NCBI GenBank assembly: GCA_963764165.1
Contig: CAVXRD010000003.1
Coordinates: 448,001 to 512,000 of the forward strand
Source: an uncultured Verrucomicrobiae bacterium
Lineage (GTDB): Bacteria; Verrucomicrobiota; Verrucomicrobiia; Limisphaerales; Palsa-1400
Direction of reading: 5' to 3'
DNA: 64,000 nt
This document shows positions 39,225 through 50,459 of this stretch, one piece after another; position 1 is the first letter of the stretch; every line of letters starts with the position of its first letter. A program made the translations under genes and the position numbers. Below the pieces are notes generated by a model. The model was not told where the DNA came from, made no database searches, and saw nothing but the letters and a program-made list of their open reading frames with translations.

Positions 39225-41264
39225 CTATTGGACTATGAGCCTGAAGAATTCGTTTGACTGGCCGTTGTTGGTGACGGTGAGGCTGACCTGGGCGTTATTG
39301 GTCAGCGGGCCTATCACTTGGATCTGCGACCAATTTGTCAGCGTGCTGGAACCTTGGAGGATGTAGGAAACGTTGGATTGGCCTTGAAAGCTCAATTGCA
39401 GAGTCTGCTGCGCCCAGGCCAGGGCAAGGGTCGGAGATTGAAGCGCATTCTGCTGGAGTTCGTATGCTCCCATATCGACGCCGGAGCCGGAAGGCCGGGG
39501 AAAACCGCGCTGGTCCGTGCTGGGCGCGCCGACAGCCGTGCCGGAATCCACCGCCGGGCTGTCGCTTGACAGCGCCATGGTCAAGGTTGGCCCGCCATTG
39601 TTTGCAAGAGGCAGCAATAGCGGATCGGTGAAGTTGTAGCTCGTGCCGCTCTCGAAGTTTGCCGAGCCATCGGAACTCACATTGTAGCCTGCGTCGGTGA
39701 CCGGGCCATAGGCATTGGTCGATCCCACGGGATAGGCAAGAAGCGAATTTTCCATGGATATTGTGCCGGTCAAATTTGCGACATTGGCTCCAGTCGCAAT
39801 CCCATAGGGCCCCATGGGAGCCTTTACGAGAATGACGAAATTGCTGGCGATCGTGACGTTCATGGTGGTCAGAACCCCGTTGGTATTGAAGACTCCTCCC
39901 CCAAAGCTGCTCCCCGGCATGCCATCATGGGACCCGTTCCCGGCGAGCGCTGTATTCAAAGCCACGGTGCAATTAGTCATGGCCAATTGTGAAAAATTGC
40001 AGATGCCGCCGCCAAGTCCGTTGCCTCCGGGAAATTCTGGATTCGGCACTCCGAAATCACCAGCAGTCCCGCCTTGGGCCAAATTGGAACTCACCGTGCA
40101 TCCAGTCAGCGATGCCGAGCCAAGATTGTAGATGGCACCACCGCGCCCGTCAGTATTGAAACTTGAACCGCTGCCGGACACCGCCTGATTTCCGGAAAAT
40201 GCAGTGTTGCTGGCAACGAGGGTCCCGCTCGAATAAATCGCACCTCCTTGGGCTTCGCCCGTGCCTGAGTTTTCAAAACCTTGGCCGCCGTTAGCCGCAT
40301 TGGAGGAGATTTGGCAAAGGACGACCATGGCTGTGCCCGAGAGGGCCGCAATCGCGCCGCCATAAGCGGAAGCCGGCGCGTCGCCGTCATCCGTCTGATT
40401 TGCCGGTGCGTTCCCTCCAACGGCTGTGTTGGACGAAATAATGCTGTTAGATATTACAAGGGAGCCGGACGCCAGAAAAATTGCGCCCCCGAAAGCGGAA
40501 GTTGAACCGGGGCTTGCGGGTCCAGTGCAGGTATTGCTGCTCAAATTACAATTGAGCAACAAAACCGTGGCGTTGGTTGTGTAAACGGCGCCGCCGAGTC
40601 CGTCGCCCCCGGGAATGCCCATCTCGAAATTGTTCATTGTTGCCAAGGTCGGGGCTCCTCCGTTGGCCGAGTTTTCGAAAAGGCTGACTGAATTGAGGAA
40701 CAGGGAGCCTCCGTTCACATAAATCGCGCCGCCTTGGCCATTCCCCCCCACGGCAAAGATGTTGGCATATATCCCCTGAGACGTAGATCCCCCCATCCCG
40801 CCTGTGACTGAATTGGATTCCAGTGTGCAGAGAGTTAATTGAACTGTGCCCCCGTTATTGAAGATGGCCCCGCCCTGCCCAGGAGCGCCATTCTGGGCCG
40901 CTGTGCCATACGTTCCATTGGCTCCGTTTGTCCCGACGATAGCGCCGTTGGCCATCACCAGGTTCGTGGCGGCAAAAGTCACGTCAGGATTGACATAAAA
41001 CAACCCGACGCTGTTGCCGCCGCTAATGACGACCGATCGCCCGGTCGCGTCAAGGATTACATCGTTGGTGACTTGTATGGTGTTTGTCAGGGTGATCGTC
41101 CCGTTGAAACCAAAGGTGACCACTCCGCCGTTATTCATCGCGCTCTGCAATGCAGCTTGTGTAGGAGTGCTGACGACGTTTGTTCCAGCCCTCAGCTCTT
41201 TCGGAATAAAAAATAGAAATGCAATCAGCGCGAAGTTCCAGCAGAATCTGGATAGTGGCAGCAC
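39225..41264 (-). CDS. exported Gly-rich beta-helix repeat protein with a choice-of-anchor-Q-like domain and C-terminal domain
   Basis: Signal peptide; repeated GGAI(Y/F)..N.A.GG units; LANNGGPTLTMAL..SPAVDSG...TDQRGFPR...DMGAYE; ends YILQGSSTLTNW...EFFRLIVQ. Confidence 0.82.
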   Translation of the reverse strand: MLPLSRFCWNFALIAFLFFIPKELRAGTNVVSTPTQAALQSAMNNGGVVTFGFNGTITLTNTIQVTNDVILDATGRSVVISGGNSVGLFYVNPDVTFAATNLVMANGAIVGTNGANGTYGTAAQNGAPGQGGAIFNNGGTVQLTLCTLESNSVTGGMGGSTSQGIYANIFAVGGNGQGGAIYVNGGSLFLNSVSLFENSANGGAPTLATMNNFEMGIPGGDGLGGAVYTTNATVLLLNCNLSSNTCTGPASPGSTSAFGGAIFLASGSLVISNSIISSNTAVGGNAPANQTDDGDAPASAYGGAIAALSGTAMVVLCQISSNAANGGQGFENSGTGEAQGGAIYSSGTLVASNTAFSGNQAVSGSGSSFNTDGRGGAIYNLGSASLTGCTVSSNLAQGGTAGDFGVPNPEFPGGNGLGGGICNFSQLAMTNCTVALNTALAGNGSHDGMPGSSFGGGVFNTNGVLTTMNVTIASNFVILVKAPMGPYGIATGANVANLTGTISMENSLLAYPVGSTNAYGPVTDAGYNVSSDGSANFESGTSYNFTDPLLLPLANNGGPTLTMALSSDSPAVDSGTAVGAPSTDQRGFPRPSGSGVDMGAYELQQNALQSPTLALAWAQQTLQLSFQGQSNVSYILQGSSTLTNWSQIQVIGPLTNNAQVSLTVTNNGQSNEFFRLIVQ

Positions 41265-41448
41265 ATCATTTCCTTTCGTTAGCTTTCGCCACGTCTTTTA
41301 GGCTTCCCGTTCAAATTCTTCAAGTCAAATCTGCATCAGTCAAATCCACACTTGGATTGCCATTGGGGTGTTCAACCCGAAATCACCCCTGCCTTTGCGC
41401 GGCGCGCAATCTTGACACTCGCGCCGTTTGTTGGCCCAATCGATCACA

Positions 41449-43598
41449 ATGGCTGCGGCATCGAATCGGATTACGAATTTTGCGGGCCTGGTGCCGCCGC
41501 CGGAGGCATATGAGCGTCCGCGCGCCTCCGTCCTTTACCGTGTCTGGCTGATCCCGGCGACGCTCATGATGCTCGCGCTGCCAGTTGTCTACGGCGCACT
41601 CGTTATCGGCGCTGGCTTGATGGTTTATTACCACGCCACACACAATTTTTCCGCGATTATGTCGTGGTCCGACGGATCCCACTCCCTGGGATTATGGATG
41701 ATCGAAATGGTGGCTTACCTTGCTCCGCTTTTCGCGGGGTGTGTCATTCTATTTCTCATGCTGAAGCCGTTTTTCGCCCGCGGACCGAAGCATCACCCTT
41801 ACTCGCTGAATCCGGCGGTTGAACATGAACTTTACGCGTTCGTCGCCAAAATCTGCCAAACGGTTGGCGCCCCAATTCCTGAACGCATCGATCTGGATTG
41901 CGACCTGAACGCCTCGGCGTCGTTCCGCCGGGGCCTGAGAAGTTTTTTCGCAATGACCTGGTTCTCACAATTGGGCTTCCCTTGATGGGAACACTGACGG
42001 TGGAAGAGTTTGCCGGCGTGCTGGCGCATGAGTTTGGACATTTCACGCAAGGCGCGGCCATGCGCCTTAGTTACCTTGTTCGATTCGTGAATTCCTGGCT
42101 CGCGCGGGTGGTTTACACCTACGACAGTTGGGACTACCTGCTGGACGAAATGACGCATAATTCGGGGCATTGGGTGGTCTTCCTGATTGTGTTCACTGCG
42201 AAAATGGGAGTCACGCTGTCGCGCGGAATTTTGTGGGTGTTCATGATGCTCGCCCTGGCGGTCAGTGGCTCGCTGTCGCGCCAGATGGAATTCAATGCGG
42301 ACGCGTATGAAATTAATTTGGCTGGCAGCGAAACGAGTGAACGCACCACGAGAAAAATCTGCCTTCTAAACCACTCTCTCGAACAAACTCGGAAGGACAT
42401 GGTCCGGATGTTTCGGTCCCAACGCACCCTGCCGGATAACGTTTCGAAATACCTGCTGCTAACAATGGAGAACATGCCGGCGAAGATTCGCAACAAGATC
42501 GACAGTCAGCTTGGACTGGTCAAGACGCCCTGGTATGCAAGTCATCCTTGCGACGCCGATCGCATCCGGCAAGCGCGGCGAGCCCAGCGCCCTCCCCTCC
42601 TGTCATGCGCCGAACCCGCCAGCTCGCTCTTCACCAATTTTGAGATTCCGGCCCGCGCTGTCACGCTGTTTTGGTACCATGATTTGCGCATTCCCATCGC
42701 GCCGGAGCAGCTCACGGCCTTTCGCGATGAAGAAAAGGAACAAGCCGAGCGAAGCGAGAACGCCGCGGAAACTCTGGCCCGTTATTTTTGCGGCGCAGTC
42801 CCGATGATGCATCCCGTGGCCATTCCTTTCCAGGCGATTGCCACCGACGAAATCGAAGCCGTGCGCGAAAATATGCGAACGTTCCGGGGCCGAATCGACC
42901 TGGTTAGACCACAAGTCGAAACCGCCGTGGCGAATTACACCTCCGCCGACGCACGCGCGCTGCAAATGGTAGCGGCCAAGAGCGCACTCGCCTGCTCCGC
43001 CACGATCGACGCTGCGCAGTTTGAATTGCCGGAGGCTTCGGCCGACGCGGTCGAACACGCGGAGCGGGAAGCAATTCAAACGAAAACGGAAATTGCGCAT
43101 TCCATGCGAGTGGTGACGGATTCTTTGCGGAACCATCTTGTGACCGCGCTAGCCCTCCTGCGGCTGCCCGCTGAATCGCAATGGCTCACCGAAACCGCCG
43201 AGCGAATCGAAGCAGCGCGCCCGCATCTTGATCTTGTCAACCAGATGGCACTGGTATGGCCGCTGCTGATGGAATGCCGCAATGAGCATGCGGTGCTGGC
43301 GGCGCTATGCGGACTGTCGCGCAATCTGGCCGCGCAGCGTCCGTTGGGCGCCAGTTCGCGCCGGTTGGAAACATTGATGGGGCAGCTTCGCAATGCAACC
43401 ATTGCGATGGCAAATCCTTTCGAGAGAAAGAAAGGCGCGCGTTGCATCTTCGATCAGCTCGCGCAGGAAAGCCCCGGCTCGGCCACGAAGGAAATTGAGG
43501 CGCGGGCGCAAATCGTGGTGCGGGGATTTATTTTGATTTACGAGCACAGCCTCGCGGAACTGGCGAAAATCGGGATGCAGATCGAGGCGGAATGTTGA
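41449..43598 (+). pseudogene. M48 (HtpX-like) membrane metallopeptidase, split by a 1-nt deletion in a T6 run at 41943-41948
   Basis: Frame 1 ...NASASFRRGLRSFF continues in frame 2 as RNDLVLTIGLPL...LAHEFGHF...RQMEFNAD...SHP; one extra T restores the gene. Confidence 0.82.
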
Positions 43599-43761
43599 TG
43601 GGGCTGGGAAGGACTTAATCTGGAACGACCGAACTCAGGAAAAGAGGCCGCATGCAGTTTCACGCGCGCGTCAAGTCGCTTCCAAGGCAATGCGCCCAAT
43701 TCAATGGAAATTTTCCCGGCTGCGCGTTAATATCAGGATTTCATGCCCTTATTGTTGACTC

Positions 43762-45606
43762 ATGTCTGACCGCGTGCTGCTCATTGAATGGGACGCGGCT
43801 GATTGGAAAGTGCTGCATCCGCTCATCGACGACGGCAAACTGCCGGCACTCGGACGCATTGTGGACGAGGGAATATCCGGGCAGTTGTCGGGCACGCAGC
43901 CTTTCATCGCGGCGAACTCGTGCGCCTCCATTCTTACCGGCAAACGCGGATGGCAACATGGCATTTGTCATTCACTTGAATTCTCGCCCGCGACACAAAA
44001 GGCCGTTCCTATCTCCGCCGCGAGCCGAAAGGCGGCCACGCTTTGGGAAATGCTTTCGCGTGAAGGCAAACGATCCGTGGCCGTTGGCTGGCCGGCCTCG
44101 CAACACGATCGGACGGCAAATTGCGACATCGTTTCTGATCGTTATCCAGAACCCACTGCACCGCCGGGTGTTTCCCCATGGCCTCCAGCGGCGGCCGGAA
44201 CGTATTGGCCGGAGGAGTTGCGTGCTTTTCTTGACGCGAAACGCGCCAGTCCCGAGCACATCGGGCCGGAGGTCATTTCGCGGCACATTCCATCCTGGCA
44301 AAACGTGGATCGGAAGCGCGATCCGCGCGTCGGGCATTTGCGCGTTTTTTTGGCGGCGGATTATTCGATTCAGAATGCGGCGCTGGAGCTGTTAAGAAGC
44401 AAACCGTGGGATTTTGCCGCGATTCGCTTCCCGGCGCTCGGTTTGATTAGCCGGATGTTCGTGCGTTATTCCGTTGCGGCGCAGAATGGAGCTAACGATC
44501 CGGAAACAGAGACTTATAAAAGTGTCGTTCCATTCGCTTGCCATATGCTGGATCACATGCTCGGGCAGCTCATCTCATGCGCGGGCCCCGGGGCGGCGGT
44601 CATCATAGCTTCCGGGCACGGCGTGAGGACGCAGAGCATTCCCGCCGCTGGTTTCCCCGCCAGCGACGATCAAATTTGGAAATCGCCATTTGGAATTTTT
44701 GCGGCCAGCGGTCCGGCCCTGGCCCGCGATGCGCTGATCCACGGCGCGCGCGTGCTTGACATTGCGCCGACCATCTTGTGCTTGTTCGGCCTGCCCATCG
44801 GCGACGACATGGAAGGCCGCGTGCTCGTCGAGGGTTTTGTTGAGACGCCGAAAATTGGCCACATCCCGACATGGCAATCCGCCAAGGCTGAGCCAATCGC
44901 CGCTCCGAAGACCGCATCGGAAAATTCCGCCGCGAGCACAATTCAATTTCAATCGGATTGGAACCTCGCGAGGTCAGGCCTCGATGCCGGTCGATTCGCC
45001 GAAATGCTGCCGGTTTTGACCGGTCTCTTTCGGCAATTTCCCGAACGCGCAGAAATCGCCGATGCCTTGTTCCAATGCCAGATTGCGCTGCGCAAACCCG
45101 ACGACGCCCAGCAAACGCTCGAGGTGTTGCTCGAAGCAATTCCGGCCGGCGCCCCAAATCTCCTGGCCCGGGCGGAGCTTGCTCTGGCTCGCCGCGATTT
45201 CAATGCGGCACGGGCATTGGCGTCGGAACTCAAGCGGCACAAGTTTTCGAATCCTGCGATGCTGAGGAAATTTGGATTTCTGCTGCTGCGTCTTCGCGAA
45301 TGGAACGCATTGGTGGAGGTCGCCCACCGCGCGCTGGCCGCGGATCAAAATGACTCGACGGCATGGCTCGGCCTGGCTGTGGGCCAGCTGCGCGCGGGCC
45401 GCGCAGCCGAGGCAGAAGAGGCGGCCAAACGCGCCTTCCAACTGAATTTTTTCCTGCCAGACGCGCACTTCATTTACGCGCGGGCGCTTTTAACGCAGGG
45501 CCGTTGGAGCGAGGCGCGCCAGGCGATGCAAACCCTGCTCGCGATCCAGCCCGACAACCGCACGGCGACAAGCTATTTCCGCCGCATGGAGAACAATTCC
45601 CCATAA
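43762..45606 (+). CDS. alkaline-phosphatase-superfamily (nucleotide pyrophosphatase-like) domain plus TPR, catalytic residues degenerate
   Basis: LLIEWDAADW, SILTGK, GIFAASGP, LDIAPTIL...DMEGRVL; C-terminal TPRs. Confidence 0.8.
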   Translation: MSDRVLLIEWDAADWKVLHPLIDDGKLPALGRIVDEGISGQLSGTQPFIAANSCASILTGKRGWQHGICHSLEFSPATQKAVPISAASRKAATLWEMLSREGKRSVAVGWPASQHDRTANCDIVSDRYPEPTAPPGVSPWPPAAAGTYWPEELRAFLDAKRASPEHIGPEVISRHIPSWQNVDRKRDPRVGHLRVFLAADYSIQNAALELLRSKPWDFAAIRFPALGLISRMFVRYSVAAQNGANDPETETYKSVVPFACHMLDHMLGQLISCAGPGAAVIIASGHGVRTQSIPAAGFPASDDQIWKSPFGIFAASGPALARDALIHGARVLDIAPTILCLFGLPIGDDMEGRVLVEGFVETPKIGHIPTWQSAKAEPIAAPKTASENSAASTIQFQSDWNLARSGLDAGRFAEMLPVLTGLFRQFPERAEIADALFQCQIALRKPDDAQQTLEVLLEAIPAGAPNLLARAELALARRDFNAARALASELKRHKFSNPAMLRKFGFLLLRLREWNALVEVAHRALAADQNDSTAWLGLAVGQLRAGRAAEAEEAAKRAFQLNFFLPDAHFIYARALLTQGRWSEARQAMQTLLAIQPDNRTATSYFRRMENNSP

Positions 45607-45682
45607 GCATTGAATGCCGGTTGGGCCGGGCGCCTGCCCCACCGGCGCATCTCGCTTTTTGGACAGGCCCCGTTGGTCTTTC

Positions 45683-45840
45683 AGCTCCGTTGGGAGCGCA
45701 ATATTGGCAGATCGACACATACAATAGAAAACGAGCTCCGCGGGAGCGGCACATTCCAAATGACCGCATCGGATGGGTCGCCTCTGCGAGGCTTTGATTT
45801 CAGAGGAACGACAACGACAAAGATGTCACGCCTCTGGCGC
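45683..45840. repeat. degenerate four-hairpin intergenic element
   Basis: AGCTCCG(TT/C)GGGAGCG twice (45683, 45734), followed by two decayed hairpins (45780, 45829). Confidence 0.5.
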
Positions 45841-45942
45841 CGCTAAAAATGGGATGCGCCCCTCATTTCGGGCATCCGCCTTTCCTTGTTGTAATCCGAG
45901 TATCGCTGGCTATCCTGTCCGTTCTTTTACGCTGAAGCCTTT

Positions 45943-46734
45943 ATGAAAGTGGTCATTCTTTGTGGCGGCAAGGGCACGCGCTTGCGCGAGGAAACGGAAT
46001 ATCGCCCGAAACCGATGGTTCCCATCGGCAACCGCCCCATTTTGTGGCACATCATGAAGATTTACGCCGCCGCCGGGTTCAATGAATTCGTGCTTTGCCT
46101 CGGCTACAAGGGCGAGATCATCAAGGATTTCTTCCGCAATTACCTCTGGATGACCAGCCATGTCACCCTCCGCCTGGGCATCGACGACAACGTCAAATTC
46201 CACAATCATCACGACGAGGAAAATTGGACGGTCACCCTCGCCGACACCGGCGAGGAGACGCTGACGGCGGGACGCATCAAGCGCATCAAGCAATTTATCG
46301 GCGATGACCAGGAATTTTTCCTCACTTATGGCGATGGCGTTGGGAATGTGGATATTGCGGCGGCGCTGGCGTTTCATCGGAAGCACGGGAAGAAATTGAC
46401 GGTGACGGCGGTGCGGCCGCCGGGGCGTTTTGGCGAATTGGGCATCGCGCCGGGCGGCGCGGTGCGGGAATTCAACGAGAAACCGCAAGCCGCCGAGGGC
46501 CGCATCAACGGCGGATTCTTCGTCGCGTCGCGGGCGATTTTCGACTATCTTGATGACGCGGCGGATCAAACGATGTTCGAGCAGAAGCCAGTTCAAACAA
46601 TAGCGCGGGAAGGCGAATTAATGGCCTTTCCTCACGACGGTTTCTGGCAGCCGATGGATACTTTTTCGGAATATACCCTTTTGAACCGATTGTGGGCGGA
46701 GGGCAAGGCGCCCTGGAAGACCTGGAAAACATGA
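45943..46734 (+). CDS. rfbF: glucose-1-phosphate cytidylyltransferase
   Basis: ILCGGKGTRLREET..PKPMV, LTYGDG, INGGFF, HDGFWQPMDT. Confidence 0.95.
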   Translation: MKVVILCGGKGTRLREETEYRPKPMVPIGNRPILWHIMKIYAAAGFNEFVLCLGYKGEIIKDFFRNYLWMTSHVTLRLGIDDNVKFHNHHDEENWTVTLADTGEETLTAGRIKRIKQFIGDDQEFFLTYGDGVGNVDIAAALAFHRKHGKKLTVTAVRPPGRFGELGIAPGGAVREFNEKPQAAEGRINGGFFVASRAIFDYLDDAADQTMFEQKPVQTIAREGELMAFPHDGFWQPMDTFSEYTLLNRLWAEGKAPWKTWKT

Positions 46735-47858
46735 AGCTGTTCGGTTCGGCCTACAATGGCAAACGGGTGCTCGTCACCGGCCACACGGGTTTCAAGGGGG
46801 CGTGGCTGTCGGAATGGCTGCTGGGTCTCGGCGCGGATGTCACGGGACTGAGTTTGCCGCCCACGACGGAGCCTTCGCTTTTTGCCGAACTCGGGCTGGG
46901 CCGCCGGGTGCGCCAGGTCATCGGGGATATTCAAGATGCCAAGCTGGTGCGCAAAGTGGTCAAGGAGGCGAAGCCTGACTTTGTATTTCATCTCGCGGCA
47001 CAAGCGCTGGTGCGCGAGTCTTATCGAATTCCAGCCGAGACTTTCAACGTCAATGGGATGGGAACACTTCACGTTCTGGAAGCATTGCGCGAAGTTCAGA
47101 GACCGGCCGCCGCGGTTTTCGTTACGACTGATAAGTGCTACGAAAATCGCGAATGGCACCACGGTTATCGCGAAACAGATCCGCTGGGCGGGCGAGATCC
47201 TTACAGCGCGAGCAAGGCGGTGGCGGAATTGATCATCGCCTCCTACCGCAGTTCGTTTTTCCAAAACCACCCCGTGCGGATTGCCAGCTGCCGCGCTGGA
47301 AACGTCATCGGTGGCGGCGATTGGGCATTGGACCGAATCATTCCCGATTCCATTGCAGCCTTGCAAAAGAAGAAACCAATTTTGGTTCGCAACAAACGCG
47401 CGACCCGCCCGTGGCAGCATGTGCTGGAACCGTTGAGCGGTTATTTGTGGCTTGGCGCGTGTCTGGCCAATCCCGCGTTGAGCCGCACGGAATTGCCCGC
47501 GCTGACTTCCGCTTTCAATTTCGGGCCAAACCGGGACGCAAATCGAACGGTCGAAGATTTGGTGGAAGAAGTCCTGCGCCACTGGCCCGGCCGCTGGCAG
47601 GATAACACGCAAAAAAATGCGCCGCACGAAGCCGGGATGCTCCAGCTTTCGACCGACAAAGCCGCCGCGCTCCTGCAATGGTTCCCGGTTTGGTCGTTCC
47701 GCGAAGCCGTGACACACACGGTGGAATGGTATCGCGAAGCCGAATCGTTTCAGAAGGCGAAGGAATTTCAGAAGCTTACCTGCACGCAAATCGCCCATTA
47801 CATCGACCGCGCCCGCGACGCCCGGCTGGCCTGGGTCGAACCGTCCGCCACTCCATGA
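46731..47858 (+). CDS. rfbG: CDP-glucose 4,6-dehydratase
   Basis: TGHTGFKGAWL, TDKCYEN, DPYSASK, RAGNVIGGGDW, RPWQHVLEPL. Confidence 0.95.
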   Translation: MKLFGSAYNGKRVLVTGHTGFKGAWLSEWLLGLGADVTGLSLPPTTEPSLFAELGLGRRVRQVIGDIQDAKLVRKVVKEAKPDFVFHLAAQALVRESYRIPAETFNVNGMGTLHVLEALREVQRPAAAVFVTTDKCYENREWHHGYRETDPLGGRDPYSASKAVAELIIASYRSSFFQNHPVRIASCRAGNVIGGGDWALDRIIPDSIAALQKKKPILVRNKRATRPWQHVLEPLSGYLWLGACLANPALSRTELPALTSAFNFGPNRDANRTVEDLVEEVLRHWPGRWQDNTQKNAPHEAGMLQLSTDKAAALLQWFPVWSFREAVTHTVEWYREAESFQKAKEFQKLTCTQIAHYIDRARDARLAWVEPSATP

Positions 47859-49270
47859 ATTCACCAGAAGAAATCCGCCAGGAAATTCTCCGGCTCACGC
47901 GCGAGTATTCCCGCCTGACGCATCAAGCCAATTTGCCCGGTTACGGCGAATTCCCTGCCCGCCCGTTCACCGCCGGCCAGACAACCGTTCCTTACGCCGG
48001 GCGCGTCTTCGACGATAACGAAGTCGCGGCGGCGGTCGGCTCAACGCTGGATTTCTGGCTGACGCTGGGGAAAGAAGGCGAAGCGTTCGAGGAGGGTTTG
48101 GCGAAATTCCTCGGCGTCAAGAAGAGCATTTTGTGCAACTCCGGCTCGTCGGCGAATCTGCTGGCGGTCTCATCGCTTTCCAGTCCGAAGCTCGGCGCGC
48201 GCCGGGTCAAGCCGGGCGATGAAGTCATCACCGTCGCCGCCGGTTTTCCGACGACTGTAGCGCCGATTTTGCAAAACGGCTTCGTGCCCGTTTTTATTGA
48301 CAACGACCCGGCCACGCTCAACGGCAAGGTCGATCAATTGGAAGCGGCATTTTCGCCCGGAAAAACCAAGGCGGTCATCATGGCCCACACGCTGGGCAAT
48401 CCGTTTGATCTTTCGGCGGTCACGGAATTTTGCAAGAAGCATGAACTGTGGCTGATCGAGGATAATTGCGACGCGCTCGGCTGCACTTATGACGGGAAGC
48501 TCACAGGAACGTTTGGCGATTTATCGACGCAATCGTTTTACCCGCCGCATCACCTGACGCTGGGCGAAGGCGGCGCGGTGAGTGTGCAGAGCCTGAAATT
48601 CAAATCGATCGTGGAAAGTTTTCGCGATTGGGGCCGCGATTGCTGGTGCGCCAGCGGCATGGACAACACCTGCGGCAAACGCTACGACTGGCAGCTCGGC
48701 GAATTGCCCAAGGGCTACGATCACAAATATATTTACTCGCACCTTGGCTACAACTTGAAGCCACTCGATCCGCAGGCGGCCATCGGCCGCGCGCAATTGG
48801 AGAAGCTCCCGCACTTCGTCCAGGCGCGCATTGATAATTGGGATTATCTGCGCCGCGGCTTGCGCGATTGCGAAGCGTATTTCGATTTCATGCTCCCGAC
48901 CCACGCCACCTCGTGGACGCCGGAGGGTTTCACTTGGGATGATTCCGGGCATCGCACGGTTTGCTCGTGGTTTGGTTTCATGCTGCGCGTCAAGCCGGGC
49001 GGGCCATTTTCGAAGGTCGCCTTCGCCCGGCACCTTGACAACAATAAAATTGGCAATCGAATGCTCTTCGGCGGCAATTTGCTCCGGCAGCCCGTCATGG
49101 TGCAATTGAAAAAGGATCGTCCGGAATCCTTCCGTGTGGTCGGAGAAATGACAGGCGCGGACAAGATCATGAACGAGGTCGTCTTCATCGGCACTTACCC
49201 CGGCCTGACCAAGCCGATGCTCGATTACGTCATCGAGATCATCCAGAATTTTTGCCGCAGCAAAGGCTGA
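47855..49270 (+). CDS. rfbH: CDP-4-keto-6-deoxyglucose 3-dehydrase (E1, DdhC)
   Basis: SFYPPHHLTLGEGG (His in place of the PLP Lys), RDWGRDCWC...NTCGKR Fe-S motif, YDHKY. Confidence 0.93.
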   Translation: MNSPEEIRQEILRLTREYSRLTHQANLPGYGEFPARPFTAGQTTVPYAGRVFDDNEVAAAVGSTLDFWLTLGKEGEAFEEGLAKFLGVKKSILCNSGSSANLLAVSSLSSPKLGARRVKPGDEVITVAAGFPTTVAPILQNGFVPVFIDNDPATLNGKVDQLEAAFSPGKTKAVIMAHTLGNPFDLSAVTEFCKKHELWLIEDNCDALGCTYDGKLTGTFGDLSTQSFYPPHHLTLGEGGAVSVQSLKFKSIVESFRDWGRDCWCASGMDNTCGKRYDWQLGELPKGYDHKYIYSHLGYNLKPLDPQAAIGRAQLEKLPHFVQARIDNWDYLRRGLRDCEAYFDFMLPTHATSWTPEGFTWDDSGHRTVCSWFGFMLRVKPGGPFSKVAFARHLDNNKIGNRMLFGGNLLRQPVMVQLKKDRPESFRVVGEMTGADKIMNEVVFIGTYPGLTKPMLDYVIEIIQNFCRSKG

Positions 49271-49272
49271 CC

Positions 49273-50325
49273 ATGCCGGACAATCCCCTCGCCGCCGACC
49301 TTGACGAAATTCTAGAACGGCTGCGCCCGATTGCCGGCGAGTTGAAAGGCGCGCGCATTTTCATCACCGGCGGCACCGGTTTCTTCGGCTGCTGGCTGCT
49401 GGAAAGTTTCGCGTGGATGAATGACCGGCTGGATCTGGGCGCGGCGTCATTAGTATTGACACGAAATCTGGAGGCATTCCAAAAGAAAGCGCCGCATCTC
49501 GCCGATCGCTCTGATATTCAGTTTCACGCGGGCGACGTGCGGAATTTCGATTTCCCGAACCAGAAATTCTCCCACCTCATCCATGCCGCGACGGAAGCCA
49601 GCGCGCAGCTTAACGACAACCATCCCGAGATCATGCTGGACGCCATTGTGCAAGGCACGCGGCACGCGCTGGATTTTGCGAAAGCGGGCGGCGTGAAGCA
49701 TTTCTTGTTGACAAGTTCGGGCGCTGTCTACGGCCCGCAGCCGTCCGAGTTGACACACATTCCCGAGGAATTCAACGGCGGCCCGGACGTGACCCGTTTC
49801 CAATCCGCTTACGCCGAGGGAAAACGGATGAGCGAATTGCTATGCGCCATTCAGGCGCGCCAAACCGGCTTGGAGGTAAAAATCGCGCGGTGCTTCGCCT
49901 TCGTCGGCCCGCACCTTCCGCTTGATGCGCATTTCGCCATTGGCAATTTTATACGTGACGCCATGAAGGGCGGCCCAATCAAGGTGAACGGCGACGGCAC
50001 GCCGTTTCGTTCGTATCTTTACGCGGGAGATTTGATGGTGTGGCTGTGGACGATTCTCATCCGCGGCGCGAGCAACCGACCTTACAATGTCGGGTCGCCA
50101 CGCAACCTCACCATCATCGAACTCGCCGAAATCGTCGGGAAATCGCTGGCACGCGACGTGAAAGTCGAGGTCGCGCGGAAACCAGTGCCAGGCCAGCCGC
50201 CGGCCCGCTACGTTCCCGCCACAACCCGAGCCGAAACAGAATTAGAGCTGGCCGAATGGACATCCTTGCCGGAAGGCATCCGCCGCACCGCCCGCTGGCA
50301 TCAAACGCAATCAGTGGTTCATTGA
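49273..50325 (+). CDS. NAD-dependent epimerase/dehydratase/reductase (extended SDR)
   Basis: TGGTGFFG, SSGAVYG, YAEGK, RCFAFVGP. Confidence 0.88.
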   Translation: MPDNPLAADLDEILERLRPIAGELKGARIFITGGTGFFGCWLLESFAWMNDRLDLGAASLVLTRNLEAFQKKAPHLADRSDIQFHAGDVRNFDFPNQKFSHLIHAATEASAQLNDNHPEIMLDAIVQGTRHALDFAKAGGVKHFLLTSSGAVYGPQPSELTHIPEEFNGGPDVTRFQSAYAEGKRMSELLCAIQARQTGLEVKIARCFAFVGPHLPLDAHFAIGNFIRDAMKGGPIKVNGDGTPFRSYLYAGDLMVWLWTILIRGASNRPYNVGSPRNLTIIELAEIVGKSLARDVKVEVARKPVPGQPPARYVPATTRAETELELAEWTSLPEGIRRTARWHQTQSVVH

Positions 50326-50459
50326 CCAGGCAACACCCGATAGACTTGCTAATTCGATGACTTCATCGCCTAAACATTCATTAGCGTCAAGCATAATCGG
50401 GAAAACACCAAAATTTGCCAGAGGCACATCGACTTGGTGAACCATTCAGCCTTGACGCG

